DNA of 63,172 nt, counting the filler, from Lenisia limosa (Eukaryota > Protista > Breviatea), in NCBI GenBank assembly GCA_001655205.1. It is 12 parts of 12 records of this genome, joined end to end, with 100 filler letters (N's around TTAATTAATTAA, not from the genome) between each part and the next. Parts side by side here need not be neighbours in the genome. Positions count along the whole stretch, not along the records: positions 11,840 to 19,651 come from LPNZ01007035.1; positions 19,752 to 21,385 come from LPNZ01010457.1; positions 21,486 to 31,452 come from LPNZ01008396.1; 9 more parts are not named here. The stretch is one strand, 5' to 3'. The translations under genes and the position numbers were made by a program. Under the pieces are notes generated by a model. It was not told the origin of the DNA. It was given only the letters and a program-made list of their open reading frames with translations, and searched no databases. Positions 12,100 through 25,622 of this stretch are shown here, piece after piece; the stretch's first letter is position 1; each line of letters opens with the position of its first letter.

Positions 12100-13222
12100 T
12101 ACTTGGAGAGCGGCGGCGGAGTGGACGGAGACGGACTGGAGGGAGGGTGATCTCTTCTGGAGCGGGGCGGTGGGCGCTCTGGGCAGTGGGTAAACAGACC
12201 TCAAAGTGGGCGTAATGGATCCACGACTGCGTGGTAAGATGGGGTCTCTTGATTGTTTTTATCAAGGCTAACAATTTGGTTCAAAAGGGTGATCTGGGCA
12301 CTTGGAGTGCAAACCGTTTTACGGGTTTCACCTCACATAATAATGTAATAGGGATGGTATTCAATTGTTGTAAATCGAATAGGTGGAGGTATGAGGGAAA
12401 GAAAAGGTAGAGTTGGTAGGGTGGTTATGGTTGAGGGAAGACAAAGGAGGTGGTGGTCAGGTACTCCCAGAACGACGGACATGTGGGCCATGGAAGGTCA
12501 TGATCGGGTGGGTGGTGAGGTTGGAGGTCTGGGTTTTTTGAAAGGACAAGGAATGTAGGTATTTCGGAAAAAACTTGCATCGGGAGTGAAATAGGGAGAT
12601 CAGCTTTCGGCTACGGTCATACTCTGGGGGTCATCGCGCATCCCGTCCGCTCTGCGAACGCAAGCCCCAGCAGGCCTTGGTAGTACTGACGTCGGAGACG
12701 AGTCGGGAAGGCAGGGTACTGTAGTTTTTTTTTTGTTGTTTTTTGTCTTCTTTTTTTTCTTTTTTTCTTCTCTTTTGTTTTTTTTGTCTTCTTTTTCTTT
12801 TCACCCCCTTACATTTCAGCCAACCCGGTGCTGCGCCATGCCTGACCTCCACGGTCTCACGAGGAAAGAAGAGCTGGCGATCCGACGTCAAGTTCAACAG
12901 GGATGTTGACGCCTCCTTCAGGTACGGATAGCCTTTGCTTCTTCTATGGACATATCTTTTGGGCTTCGCTGAACAGTTTGGTAAAAACTGGAAACATAAG
13001 TGCGTTAGAAAAATATGTTCGTACTCTGATGTAAGCTTATATACTCTGATGTATTCTCTACCCACCATCCTTTACCATGCCACGTTGTTCAATATCTCAC
13101 CACCCTGTTCAATATCTCACCACCCCCCTCGCAGGGTTGTGACAATCAACAACAGTGGTGCAGTTGGCCCAGTAGGCAGGCCCTCAGACATCACTCATGT
13201 CAAGCGCACGGTCAAAAAATAA
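12100..13222 (+). CDS. Unknown multi-exon gene (3' part)
   Basis: T-rich intron ending ttacatttcag. Exons ..QPGAAPCLTSTVSRGKKSWRSDVKFNRDVDASFR|VVTINNSGAVGPVGRPSDITHVKRTVKK* join in phase. 5' extent uncertain. Confidence 0.4.
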
Positions 13223-13558
13223 TCCTTTGACGTTGTATATAGACTTTCTTTGGGTGTTTTCTTAGTAGTATTAATATATTTTATTTGTGTTCTTTTATTA
13301 TTAGGACCCTCCCAGGCTTTTTTTTTTTGTGTGTGTGTGTGTTTTCAAGGAAGCGCTTTTCCAACATCTCCAGACATTTAATGGAATATATTCCAAAAAG
13401 AAAACAAAACATTTCTTGAAACATCAAATTAGTCAGACCCAATTATCTATCCACAAAACAGTACACTACCTGTTTTTTAAAGCTTAGGTTAACAGCTACA
13501 CAGAAACAGTTCTAAGGGTCGATGTGGTAGAGACTTAACACTCTTCTTGCAGCAATAA

Positions 13559-16500
13559 TCAGCTGGGACCCCTCCATTTCTTCCTGGGGGGCATATGACG
13601 CTTCAAGTCCATTTGGCGTAATCGTGAGAGAAGCTCCTGGCGGAAATAAGGCTTGAAAAAAAATACACTAAAATTACCCAGAGTAATGCAGTATATAACA
13701 CCCCCATACCCCCCAGAGTAATGCAGTCTGATGACGCTGCCACAGTTTCGTTGTGGGTCCATCTCGACAGTTCTCCGATGATGAGACGGAAGAGGGTGTC
13801 AACTATAAACTCGTTTGGCCTGGGAGGGGGGAGAGGGGATGAATTTGTGTTTTAAATGTACAAAAAAAATGGCAAGTTTGCTCGATTTCACCCTCCTACA
13901 TGATTTGTTCGTTGGACGCAGATTCAACCTGAGAAGTGAGAGAGAATTCATGAGATGAATAATTGTTACATTAATTGTCATTAACAAAACAATGCTTTGA
14001 ACGCCACGAACAGAGAGTTGAGGAAGAGACGGACTACTAGGGGTTGAAAGGGGTGGTCCGACTAGGGTGGTTTCAGCTAGAGAAGAAAGGGGTTGTGACG
14101 GCAGAATGATGGAGCCTGTTCGTTTGAGGTTCAGCCGCGTGGGAGAGTTGACACCCTGTTGGGGCTGAGGGATGAGTGGATGGGAGAACATGAGAATATT
14201 ACTGTGGAATACCGCCCTCCCCCACGCACCTCTTGTGGCACCTCTGGGATTTGGGGCGGAGGGACAGAAATGTATGAGACAGGCAGGCTAGACAAGACTG
14301 AAAAGGCACGTGACCAGCTGACAAAGATGGGGAAGTGTGAGATGTTCTTGGGGATCTCATGGTTGAGACGATCTGCGGCCTCAGCGTCACTGACAAGTTC
14401 GAGCTACGGGGTTAGAGAAAGGTGTGAATTGCTCGAAGGGACGGGTGAGGATTATTGTATTTCAATCATTTGTTCTGGGAAATAATGGAGAGCAATACAG
14501 AGTACCATGGACACCACCCACTCCGTTATTGGTCTCAAACAGCACTCCTTTGACAGCGTACTTCGCAGTTTTCCTGTTGTTTGGCGGCAGCTTCAGCGGA
14601 TCTGAGCGGTTAAAAAAGGCCATCAAAAGCATCTGAAAAAGCAATAATGAAAGAAGGAACAACTAAGTTGATGCGCTTCTGCCTTTACTCATACCTCGCG
14701 CCACGATTTGGTTCTTTAGAACTTGTGAAGATACCTATCACAATCAAAAGGGAGAATGAGTGCGTAGATGGTTTTAAAATTGAAATGGGCCAATTGAAGT
14801 ATGTATTTTCTATGCGAGTGTCATATTTGTAGTTACAGAAGAAAAGAGAAACAATCTTGTGATAGGTACTGTTTGCCCACCTTAATGTTGATTCTACTAG
14901 GAGGCTTGAAGGACACCTGCTTCCTATCGGGCGGGAACATGACCTGAGGCAGGGGGGTTAATAAATAACAGCAAAGGAAAACTTCGCTAATAGTGGTTCC
15001 AACCAACACAATTACTTTTAGTCCAATAATACCCAAAAGCCAAAACTAGATAAAAAAATAAAAATTATAAAAGGCTTTACTGAACCGTTTTGAAAACACC
15101 TGTCCGCCACACCCCACATTCAAAGAAGGAAACTCCATATTAATGACCGTTCGCAGTTGCTTCCTGAGGGGATAAGAATTTAAGTATAAGGTAATTTTTG
15201 AAATGTTAATATTACTGGTGTGCAAAATCAGAAAAGGAGCACACATTTTCTCCAAGTTTCCGTGAACCAAGAGGACCGACAGAGGCTTGACCTGTCGAAG
15301 CAGTTGCATAATTCCTGGAGTATTATGGGCGATTTGTTGAAGATCACAGACAAACACACACACACATATATATCATATATATATATATATATTATACATG
15401 TTTGTATGTGTGTTGTACAGTATCCTGGGAAGTAATATTCCATTTGAAAGTGAATACTATGACCAACCTTTGTGATCCACATGCGCTGAAAATGACATAT
15501 GCCGAACTTTCATCTTGACGTCATAGTTTTGTCCGTCGATAGCCACCTATAGGGAGGAGTGAGTTCAAGAAGTAATGAATATAACTAGACTCACACTACT
15601 TTGCGTATGAAGCCACATAATGAGCGGATAAAGGTATATACATTGTATACTACGGTACTCACCTTCTTTTCACCCTTGAGAATTTTGTTTCCAACAGTAC
15701 CTTCAACACAGTATCTGAAAGGAGTCAATTAGGGTTTGTTTACCCTTTCATACACACTCCAGAAAATAACAAAATGTCAGTAAGTTCAGAAGTCACCCCC
15801 AATTATTTGTATCTTGCACATACCCGGGGATGACAATCATGTTCTTCTCGTCCTGGCATAGCGCCTTGAAAACGTCCAAAGAGGTGCCTGTTCAATAAAA
15901 GGATAGCGCTGAGTCTGAGATATTGGGCTGTTTACTTCTGCATGATTTTCTCCGTTTCACTTGCCACAAACCAGCATGGAGCATTCCAGGGGTGCATAAT
16001 ATAACCATTGGCCCTGGGTTTCTCAACTGTCCGCGAGTAAACGCACCAATACAGTTGAATTCAAAAGGATTCCTGGGGGGTAAGCGAAGCTGCATTTGGG
16101 GGGTGTAAACTACATATGCTCGGGTGTATATACTACATTCTGCTTTTTTTTTTTGACAAACTTCCGAAAAGAAAAGTGGGCAAAAAAAAAAACTGAAGAA
16201 AACAGAGACAAAGACCCACGAGTGGTGCGCTGTGTTTCGGATTCGTGTGTTACACCAGTTGGTGTACTTTTTGTAGTACTCATTTGCCTTGTCGGTCAGT
16301 CCTGCAGAGTGAAATAGGTGCTACAGACAAGGTTTTGGCTCTTGTTCAAAGTAAACTTGTTAATAACACTTGCCGCGTCAAGGAGGGGGTTTTCTCCATG
16401 TTTTGACACACCGGATAAATCCGTATTCCTAAAAAATACCACACTATGGACTAAGTTAACCTGTTGATCATCAGAGGAGAGCAGATAGTATTGCCACATA

Positions 16501-18474
16501 ATAATGCTACCCCTTACAACCAGCAGAGGAGTCACCCCCCCTCCCCCACCAGTAGAGAAGTTTATCGGTACCGTAAGGCCCATTCGACGCCAATACGTCT
16601 CAAGAAGAACGCAAAGCTCCTGAGCCCTCCCTAAGGCAAANNNNNNNNNNNNNNNNNNNNNNNNNNNNNNNNNNNNNNNNNNNNNNNNNNNNNNNNNNNN
16701 AAGTCACGTTCGCGTACACGTTTACTGTCACGGATCGTGTTACCATATCTGTGATGTTATCCTGACTTGGACATATTGGAGTATTAGGTATTGACCATCG
16801 ATACTATGTTTTTATTTTCCTTGGTGTTCAAGCAAAATGGTACGTTAGGCCCCACGTGGTTTCAGTAATCAAAACGTCAGGTCGCACCCTGTCAATCCAG
16901 GCCCCTCCAAGATGCCGGTCCGCTGTCATGTTGTAATCTCCTACAAAGAAGTGGGTAGAAGAGGATATTGAACGAAAAGACCATGGTGGTATAGAGGGCT
17001 ATTCGTAACGAATATCGAAGTCAATAAACTGGTTTCACAATACACCCAACTTTCAACTTTCCAAATCATATCAGGTTGGAACTCGTGCAGTGAGTTATGG
17101 GGCCCATATCATCCGGGAAATCTGCTATTGAAATGACACCCGCTTCTGGCCTTCCCTTCAAACCGGTATAAAGGACAGAGTGGTTGTTGATTTTGATAAG
17201 AAACATTGCAGCTCCCAAGACCTAGAGGAGTTATTGGGAAATCTGGTCAGTCAATATCCAGAATCAAACAGAGACAATGCATGAAATTTGAATTTACTTT
17301 GTTACCCCCTACATGGCCTGCGTAATAGGGAATAATCGAAAAGCCTGGTTCAATAAAGATTTCCTCTTCAAGCTCCACTGTAGTCACTAAAAGGGTGGGT
17401 GAAATAGATAATAGCGAAGTGATTGTTATTGTATCCATTATCATTTGTAAAGTACCCTCTTGTACCTTTGTTCATACATGCAGCGATATCTGCAGCTGTG
17501 AAAAACTCCTCGTCCTCCTTCAGCCCCTTTGTCTGGAGTGTCATATCTCAAAACTTATTGTTTGGTTATTGTTAAGCCCTTTATTGGAAAGCAACTCCTG
17601 AGACAGATAATAAACGCACACAGAAATGAACATCCCAAACTCACGGCAATTTTTCGAAAATCCTCCAAGAGGAGGGGGCAAATGGCTTTGGTAGGGGGCT
17701 ACATAGTCATAAATGAGCCCATTATCTTTGGCAACATAGTAACGTTCAGGACAAATACATGCATGAAAATAAAACATATTTCCATCCGTAACCCCCCCCC
17801 CCTCGTAACCCACAGTCATGTAGAGTGGACCGGAGTACCCAACTTTCTCAGTGAAGAACGGCAAAGCACCACAATGGTCGAGATGGCTGGCACGTTAGCA
17901 CCAAGTGTGAACGGAGGGGGGTAGAGAGTAACGGAGAAAATTACGGGAGAGAGAGTTTAAGAACAGACATACAAGAAATGAATTGATCACCCCCCCCCCC
18001 CAACAAANNNNNNNNNNNNNNNNNNNNNNNNNNNNNNNNNNNNNNNNNNNNNNNNNNNNNNNNNNNNNNNNNNNNNCTGGAAACCTAGGGGGTGGGGGGA
18101 GTAAAACGAAGGAAATTTCGATGAAGAATATTGTCGTAAAGGTATAAATCACGAATCGAATAATCTGGAACCACAAACAAACAAACAAACAAAAAAAAAT
18201 GTTGAGGGAAATACTGCCAGTAGGAAAGGGTAAGGTATATTTCAATTCCAGTAATACTCCCTAAAAAAACCACCAGAAGTCTCAACATACCTTTCAGCGC
18301 CTTCCTTTCCCATATGCATCCCACAGTCCAGCATGATCTTCTTGCCGTGGAAGTTGATGATGATGCAACTTCGACCAACAGCCTGCCCGGCGCCTTTGTG
18401 ATGAATAGGCGAAATTGGGAGAAGGAGGTACAAAAAATTTTATTCAATGCTGATACCGGGGGAAGGAGCCTCAT
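13559..18474 (-). CDS. INTS11: Integrator complex subunit 11 (CPSF73-like metallo-beta-lactamase/beta-CASP endonuclease)
   Basis: [29 protein letters not shown]; [24 protein letters not shown]; [16 protein letters not shown]; [42 protein letters not shown]. The GIMQL motif fits INTS11 rather than CPSF73. The 3' end is less certain. Confidence 0.9.
18095..18172 (-). repeat. Intronic repeat family B (second copy at ~43280-43340)
   Basis: Plus-strand AAATTTCGATGAAGAATATT.(T)CGTAAAGGTA..CGAA.CGAATAAT.TG.AA is shared between an INTS11 intron and an intron in another contig. Confidence 0.7.
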
Positions 18475-19301
18475 ATAGCTAAGGAGCATCTAAAAACTCA
18501 AGATCATACCAAGGGTCACGACTTTGATGTCGATATTGTTGTCTAACAGCGACATCACTCACAAAATCGCCGTGCAAAGTTGAATGATCAAGATTTGCTC
18601 ATCCCAGCTTCGTGGGCTCTCTTCACGCTCTCTTGCGACTCTCTTGATTTTAAATAGCAGAAAATAGGGCTGTCAGGGCTGTTTACTAAAATCTAGGGCC
18701 TAAAGTCACGCCTTGGTGAATATACCCCCCAGATTATTGATGAATCCAATCTGGTTGCAACAGCAAGGCAACATTCCACTGACATTCCAAGACAATTCCC
18801 AGAAAACAATGAAATTGCACGACGTAAGGAAGGAAGACGTCCTCCTTTTTTTTTGGTTTTGCACTCAGTTCTTGATGTTCACCTTCTTGTGTTGCTCCCT
18901 CCCAAACNNNNNNNNNNATCAGGAACCGCAGTTAACTGAATGTTTATGAACTATGAGCACAGCACAGTTGTGACTGAATGATTTAGTGCAGAGATGGGCA
19001 ACTCCAAACAACGGGTGCGCCTATGGATTCTGTAAGCCCTCTCTATTGACTATTTTGGTTTATTTTTAGCAAATGTCCACTTTATCCCATTCAACACAAC
19101 AATCACAAACTCCAGCACGCGCCAAATTTTGCACCCAAGCCTTCGAACCAACAGTGCTGTTGCCTAGTTCAGCAGTGGGTGGGGCATGTTCATATGATTC
19201 GAGGCTCAGTTGAGCCCTTTGTTTCAGCGTATTCACCTACTGATGGAATCAAAACCCTTACAACGTAGATGGTCGCAATCTGGATGTGATGGAATGGGAT
19301 A

Positions 19302-19416
19302 AGATAAAGATGCCACATTGGGATAAAGATGCCACATTGTGAGGGAGATAAAGATGCCACATTGTGAGAGGGATAAAGATGCCACATTGTGAGAGGGATA
19401 AAGATGCCACATTGTG
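19302..19416 (+). repeat. Minisatellite, five copies of the core GATAAAGATGCCACATTG (unit 19-25 bp)
   Basis: Read directly from the sequence. Confidence 0.9.
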
Positions 19417-19917
19417 AAGATGTTCAGGAAGAAGATGTATGGGGAATGGGAATGGGAAGAAGGTCATGTGATAGTGGGTCCAATTTCCGCCCACCGCCTA
19501 TTCCATACCAGCCCTGTGCTGGGACCGGATATAACCGGGCAAGCAAGGCTCGTTCAGCAATGAATAGAGATGGGCTTTTCTGGTTGAGTTTTTTTGCTTG
19601 TCCACGTGACCTGCTACTGTTTGTTGAATGTATCTGTTCAGCTTTTGTTGANNNNNNNNNNNNNNNNNNNNNNNNNNNNNNNNNNNNNNNNNNNNTTAAT
19701 TAATTAANNNNNNNNNNNNNNNNNNNNNNNNNNNNNNNNNNNNNNNNNNNNATTGTACCAGGGTATATTTTATAATTATATACTATACATACAGCATATT
19801 TTTAAAATATGTATTGAATACAAGACAAGGGAAACAAATACACATCAGGACCAAAATTTTAATGTACTTGTGTATGAACTTCAATATAATTGCCCCCCCC
19901 CATCCCCATCCCCGTAC

Positions 19918-21310
19918 CAGTATTATATCATGCTCAATCAGCAGCTGGGTGATGCGGTTAGACGCCTGCATGTCCATGGCAATTTGGGCAAGATCGTCAT
20001 CGTTGCGGGACTNNNNNNNNNNNNNNNNNNNNNNNNNNNNNNNNNNNNNNNNNNNNNNNNNNNNNNNNNNNNNNNNNNNNNNNNNNNNNNNNNNNNNNNN
20101 NNNNNNNNNNNNNNNNNNNNNNNNNNNNNNNNNNNNNNNNNNNNNNNNNNNNNNNNNNNNNNNNNNNNNNNNNNNTGTTACTATAGTAGAGCATTAAAAC
20201 ATACCAGATTTATGAATATTGTTGGGTGGTGGGGTTGGGGAGTAAAATTGAAAAATTCATGAAACAAAAAAAGCCCAAAATATCAACTCTGTATGGGAAG
20301 GAGTACGATAAGGGTGGTATTATTGTATCGATTAAACCAGTGACATTTATGTTCAAGGCAATTTAGGTCAAGTCATTAGTTTCTCAATTATATCCCAAGG
20401 AAACCATCCTGCTTTTTCCTAGTTCATTCCCCCAAAAACCTTGAGTAGATTGGGGCCGAAGACCGTAGCCATGTTCTTTACTCCCATCATAGAACGCTTC
20501 TCATAGGTAATCATTTCTGGGGGGGGGGGNNNNNNNNNNNNNNNNNNNNNNNNNNNNNNNNNNNNNNNNNNNNNNNNNNNNNNNNNNNNNNNNNNNNNNN
20601 NNNNNNNNNNNNNNNNNNNNNNNNNNNNNNNNNNNNNNNNNNNNNGGAGAGGGGGGTTACTGTTTTCACAAAACTTTCAGAAAAAAAAGAAAGAAAAACA
20701 AAACAAAAACAAAAAAAGCACTTCATCATGGAGGGAAAAAAGAATAAACAAATAAAACAAAAGAAGAAGCCCAATAAACCCACGAGGGCCTCAACTTGGT
20801 TCGAAAAAGACAGGTAAAATATCGAGGTTTTATGTCATTGTTCGAACCCAAGTGAAGCCCTACTCCTGATTCCCCCATACCCCGAATAAACCTGGCCAAT
20901 TCGCGGACAAGAACACGGTTGCATAGGGGGAGGCAACGAAGGAGGAATTGCGCTCTTTCCAACAGGGCTGCATCATCGTCACATTCCTCTGCAGGGAGGG
21001 AGGGTAAATTGGAAAATTAATGAAACAAAAAAAAACCCAAAATCAACTCGTGACAACACACAAGGGTTGAGAATAACAAAATAAACACAATGGGGGATGT
21101 GGGATTGAATAATTGATTAAAATGATAAAAAATAATAATATACACCCATATTTCAAACCCCAAAAAGCCGACCAAATAGTTCTAACAAAACAAAACCCAG
21201 GAGGAAAAACCCCAAAAGCGTACCGACGGCCTCGCAGAATTTCGGGTGGAGATTGTAGGTAAACAACGGTTCCGGCAAATCTCTGAGGTACCTCTTGATG
21301 ATATCTGAAG
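19918..21310 (-). CDS. RhoGAP-domain protein (partial)
   Basis: IIKRYLRDLPEPLFTYNLHPKF; LLRCLPLCNRVLVRELARFIRE|MITYEKRSMMGVKNMATVFGPNLLK; LAQIAMDMQASNRITQLLIEH. Confidence 0.92.
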
Positions 21311-21730
21311 GGAGTGAAAATGGGATTCTACTAGAGCACTTTTTATTTTTCAAGTGTTGAAGCATTTTTTAATTAAAGAAAAGAGNNNNNNNNNNNNNNN
21401 NNNNNNNNNNNNNNNNNNNNNNNNNNNNNTTAATTAATTAANNNNNNNNNNNNNNNNNNNNNNNNNNNNNNNNNNNNNNNNNNNNAACACGCAACGAACA
21501 CGAACACCGGCCGGCCCAATCTGCCTCGAATCTGCCTACACGTTGACTGGAACTGGGGAACTGCTCCCCGACTGCCCTCTATCACCTGATATTAGGTTAA
21601 TGAAAATAACGCAGAGCAGTATCAACGCAGTATAATAATAGTATACACACCCAAGCAAAAATCGGAGCTTAGGTTGGTGTCTGTTACTTTTTATTTGTTC
21701 ACCTTTTTAGAGGCTGGACATTTGCCCAAA

Positions 21731-24700
21731 ATGAAGTTAATACTTTTTATTTTGGTGCTAATCACGTGGGGTCATGTTTACATCTTCAACTACTTCTCAC
21801 CAAATTTTATTGTGGTAGGAAGGGTGAGCTTGTTTTTCCCTTGTGTTTTGCTTTCTTTCTCTGTGGAGGTTGAAAGCATAGTTTCTTGTTTATTCGATTA
21901 AGGATGAAATGTTCCATGTACCACAAACACAAAAATATTGCCAAGGGTACTGGGAGGAGTGGGACCCTAAAATCACCTCACTGCCAGGAAGGTTTGTATG
22001 GCTAGTTGCTCTGGCAGTTTATGATATTGCTGTGCTTTGAAATTTCGAGTATATGCTGATTTAACATTGTTTTACTCGTATCCTATTCATTTTTTACACA
22101 AGTCCTATCAAAAAAAAAAAAAAAAAAAANNNNNNNNNNNNNNNNNNNNNNNNNNNNNNNNNNNNNNNNNNNNNNNNNNNNNNNNNNNTATAACTTTCTA
22201 ATTGTGTCCCAGTCTCAAAAAAAGGTCACTCAGTCTTAAAAGGTAAAAATAATTTACAAACCCTAACAATCTGTGATGCTTGATTGTGTGGAGAGTTGTT
22301 TTTATCTAGATTATGGCTTTTTGAAGAAAAAACACACACTCACACAAAAACAAATAACATAAACGTTGAATTAATTCAATAGAATCCTGAAATTTTGCTT
22401 TGAATATGGTCCATTTGTGAACAATACTTTTTGATAACTTCTTTTTCTGTCTTTCATTTTGGAATGCAAGAAATATATAATATATATCTCTTTTGATTAG
22501 AAATTCAGTTTTTTTTTATTATTTACCAATTTTTCCTCTGATTTTGATTTCTCTGAGGTGCATTACTTCAGATGATGAAGAAGCAATAGATTTAGATTTG
22601 CTAATAAGCGGTTGTCATCTTTTTTGATATATGGTTGTTCATGTTCTCATTACTTAATTGATTGGTGAGTGTATTTGGTGTTTCGCTTTCTAATGCTTTT
22701 AAATGTTTGAGGTTGCTGACTGGGTGATGGATATATTTAGTTGTTGATATTGCTTTATAGCATTCATATGCTCTTGATCAACTATGCTTTTAAATTGTTG
22801 TCAAACCTATTTTATATCATTTGTATTACTTTTTTTGACTGTTATCATCACATCACCAACATCCAACATTCATGACAGGAGTGGGACACTTGAAACTGTT
22901 ATCAACAAGGAAAGACAACAAAAAGAGTTTCTAACAGCTAACTAAAATGTTTTTTGAGACTGATTACCACTTTTTTGAGACAGAGTGACCTCCTTTTTAT
23001 TGAGACTGAAGGACCATTCTCCTGATTTTCAATCTTGACACGCTGAATTAGACTCATATATCAGTTACTTGCTCTTTGTTGGAGTGATTCGGTCCCTGTC
23101 AGCTCTCCCCTTTGGTCCTTCGATAGAGTTGCTCTGTACAACAGAGGTTTTAAGATTTGTAAATTCCTCCTTTCTTGTGATGTGCGTTATACCAGCAACT
23201 TCGATCGTGAAAAGAGTCAAAATGTTACGTATGTTGTGGGATTTTTTGAAATCTAAAATATTGGCATCTAATTTCAAATAGAAAACCACCCCAATGACAA
23301 GCTGAACTCTTTTGAATTTGCGTTGGCGCCAATAATAGCATTGTTTTCGCTGCTATTCCCGCCGCTGGTCTTTTCATCAGGTGATTTAGGGTGACTACAT
23401 TGATATTTCCATTTACGAAAAGCAATCATAAATAAGCATGATGTTGGGGAAGGCTTCGGTGATTCTAACTTTTTTTTTTTTTCATGAATATCCCTTCATC
23501 AAAATACCAATTTTTTCATAATCCCCTCTATACCCAGGGAGGTACATCAAAAATCTGAAAGTCTTTGTAATATTGAGATATCTCTTCTGCGTGATGGTGA
23601 CGATGTTGACGGCTTCGCCCAGAAAAAACCTTGTTGTTGTATTTCTCATTAATATTATTAACCTCACTTATTTCAAAGGACTTGTATACACTGACACATC
23701 CGGTGTTTTTACCACACTGATCGCATTGGACTTTGGACTCAAGAAACAACGCTTTGTGTCTGCTTTGGTGAGAGGTTTTATTTTGTTAAGGTGATATCAT
23801 ATGCGAACATATGCCTTAATTATTTTTATTTATTTTTTACAATTGACTTCTCAGGTATCGTTTTTTGCGGTGGTTTGTCGCCAGACAAACATTGTGTGGC
23901 CCCTTTTGATCGTGTTAATGTCAGAAGCAAGTGTATATAACGAGGGAAAATGGACACATCGGTCAGATAACATACTTGCTCGTATAAGGAAGGTTTTCCT
24001 GCACCTTTTCTTTGACTTGCCATATTTGGTAGTCCGCTGGTGGGCAATGGCATTTCTTGCCTTTGCTTTTATTGTTTTTCTTCGCGTCAATGGAGGAATT
24101 GTTGTCGGTAAGAGGGCTATGACCTTTCGATTCTTTGAATTAAACTTTTGTACACGTGATGATTTTTTAGGTGACAAAGGCGCGCATGTGGCTGGTTTTC
24201 ACTTTTCTCAGCCAGTTTACCTCTTGGTCGTTCTTTTCCCGTTTCTCTTTCTCCCGTCTACTTATTCATCATGGCCGACACCCAAACAGTTACCTGCAAT
24301 GCCAATGGATAATTCGTTAGATTCTCAGAAGAAGACTGATAAAAAGAAGAGGCGTCTTACAAAGGCACGCACAATGCGCACCCATCTTTCAGCGTTCCCA
24401 CATTCTAGAGATTTATCAGCGGAGTCACGCCATTTGGCTGTTCGTGGAAGTTTTTCTTCAGTTTTTCTTGCGCCTGTGGAGTTTGTTCGTGATTTTACAA
24501 GAGCTGTATGGTATGGGGTAGTGTCAGGTCGCCCTATGCTGTCTGCAGTTCAATTGACCTGTGTTGCCTTACTACTTGGAGTATTTGCTGCTTTTGGATC
24601 GTAAGTGGGTACAAATAATTGGAAAATGTATTTCTTTTTTTAGTAAACCATTATAAATGATACATACTATTTGTAACACTGCCCGCACGTTTTGAAAGTC

Positions 24701-25476
24701 GTCTCGTCATTTTCTATCCACTCGTGAGATTTATCAACAATCTCAATAATAGTCTGACATACTTGGGATGATGTTGTTTTCACTCAGGCAATTTTATGTG
24801 ATTGTGTGACTCATTATTAAATTTGTCTAAACAGTTTAGAGTAGCACATCCCTATTTGGTTAGTGACAATCGGCATATTGTCTTCTACTTCTGGAAAGAC
24901 TTGGCAAGCAAATGGGTACTGCGATCCTTGTTCGCGGTTCCCTCCTCAGTTTTCTTGGTTTTATTGTCTAAATCCCTTGGTACGCTCTTTTCAATTTTGT
25001 TTTGACTACATTATGGTTTCTCTACTTTCCTACAACAGACTAAATTTCCATCTCCATTCTCATTCGTGAAAAAAGCTCTTAATTGTTTAACCGCTATAGT
25101 TCGACAAATTGGAATTATGGCATCTGTTGGGTTTGCTCTCTGTGTGTTTGCGGTGACAGTACCTTCTCCACTCATTGAATTCAGGTACGTTTACCCATTG
25201 ATTAATCATCGTTACTTTTTGACCTCTTTCTTATGATTAGATACTATATTATTCCGGCCGTGTTGTTACGTCTAGTCTTGCCACCACCCCCCACGCGTGT
25301 GGTTCTTGTTATGGAGGTTCTACCTACTTTATCCGTTCTTTGCCTAATGCTTCTTGTTCACTCATTGAAAACAGTAAGTGGTACTTTTTTTAATCTTAGA
25401 TTGTTGCCATCACCGTCACGATCTCACACTTCAGGTGGAGTGGGAAGATGGTAATGTGTACCGAATAATCTGGTAG
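21731..25476 (+). CDS. ALG10: Dol-P-Glc alpha-1,2-glucosyltransferase (ALG10/DIE2)
   Basis: DEMFHVPQTQKYC..WDPKITSLPG; LVYTD; RQTNIVW; VNGGIVVG|DKGAH..FH..Q; HPYLVSDNRHIVFYFWK; VPSPLIEFRYYIIP; C-terminus ..RIIW*. Confidence 0.93.
22210..23008. mobile_element. ~800 bp AT-rich inverted-repeat insertion in ALG10 intron 2
   Basis: Left CAGTCTCAAAAAAAGGTCACTCAGTCTTAAAA pairs with the right-end array TTTTTTGAGACAGAGTGACCTCCTTTTTATTGAGACTG. Confidence 0.6.
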
Positions 25477-25622
25477 AGTGATGATGACTTCCTGTTTCTT
25501 TTTTTAACCGTTATTATTGTTTTTGGATATGATTTTTTTCCTCACTGAACAAATGGTTCTACTGAAGGTACCCAGTGGTGACAACATTTTTAATAGGATA
25601 ATACAAGAATACACTGGACATG

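Noticed and set aside
15360-15395. (TA)n, (GA)n at ~44608, (TGAAC)n at ~52715, poly-G/poly-C runs and short local duplications (13020-13120, 46233-46280)
   Set aside because: Ordinary microsatellites and slippage products.
18440-18474. Frameshift or unusual splice at INTS11 exon 1/2
   Set aside because: A one-base phase mismatch next to a C homopolymer is most simply an assembly error or an unrecognised first exon.
19302-19416. CRISPR array
   Set aside because: Spacers are 1-7 nt and similar to each other, there are no cas genes, and the context is eukaryotic.
20860-20863. MITE TA duplication forming the 5' splice site (G|GTAGGGC) in RhoGAP, and similarly at 43614
   Set aside because: Protein continuity (RFIRE-MITYE) requires the donor GTATGG about 17 nt upstream. 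At 43614 an upstream GTGGGG donor is also available.
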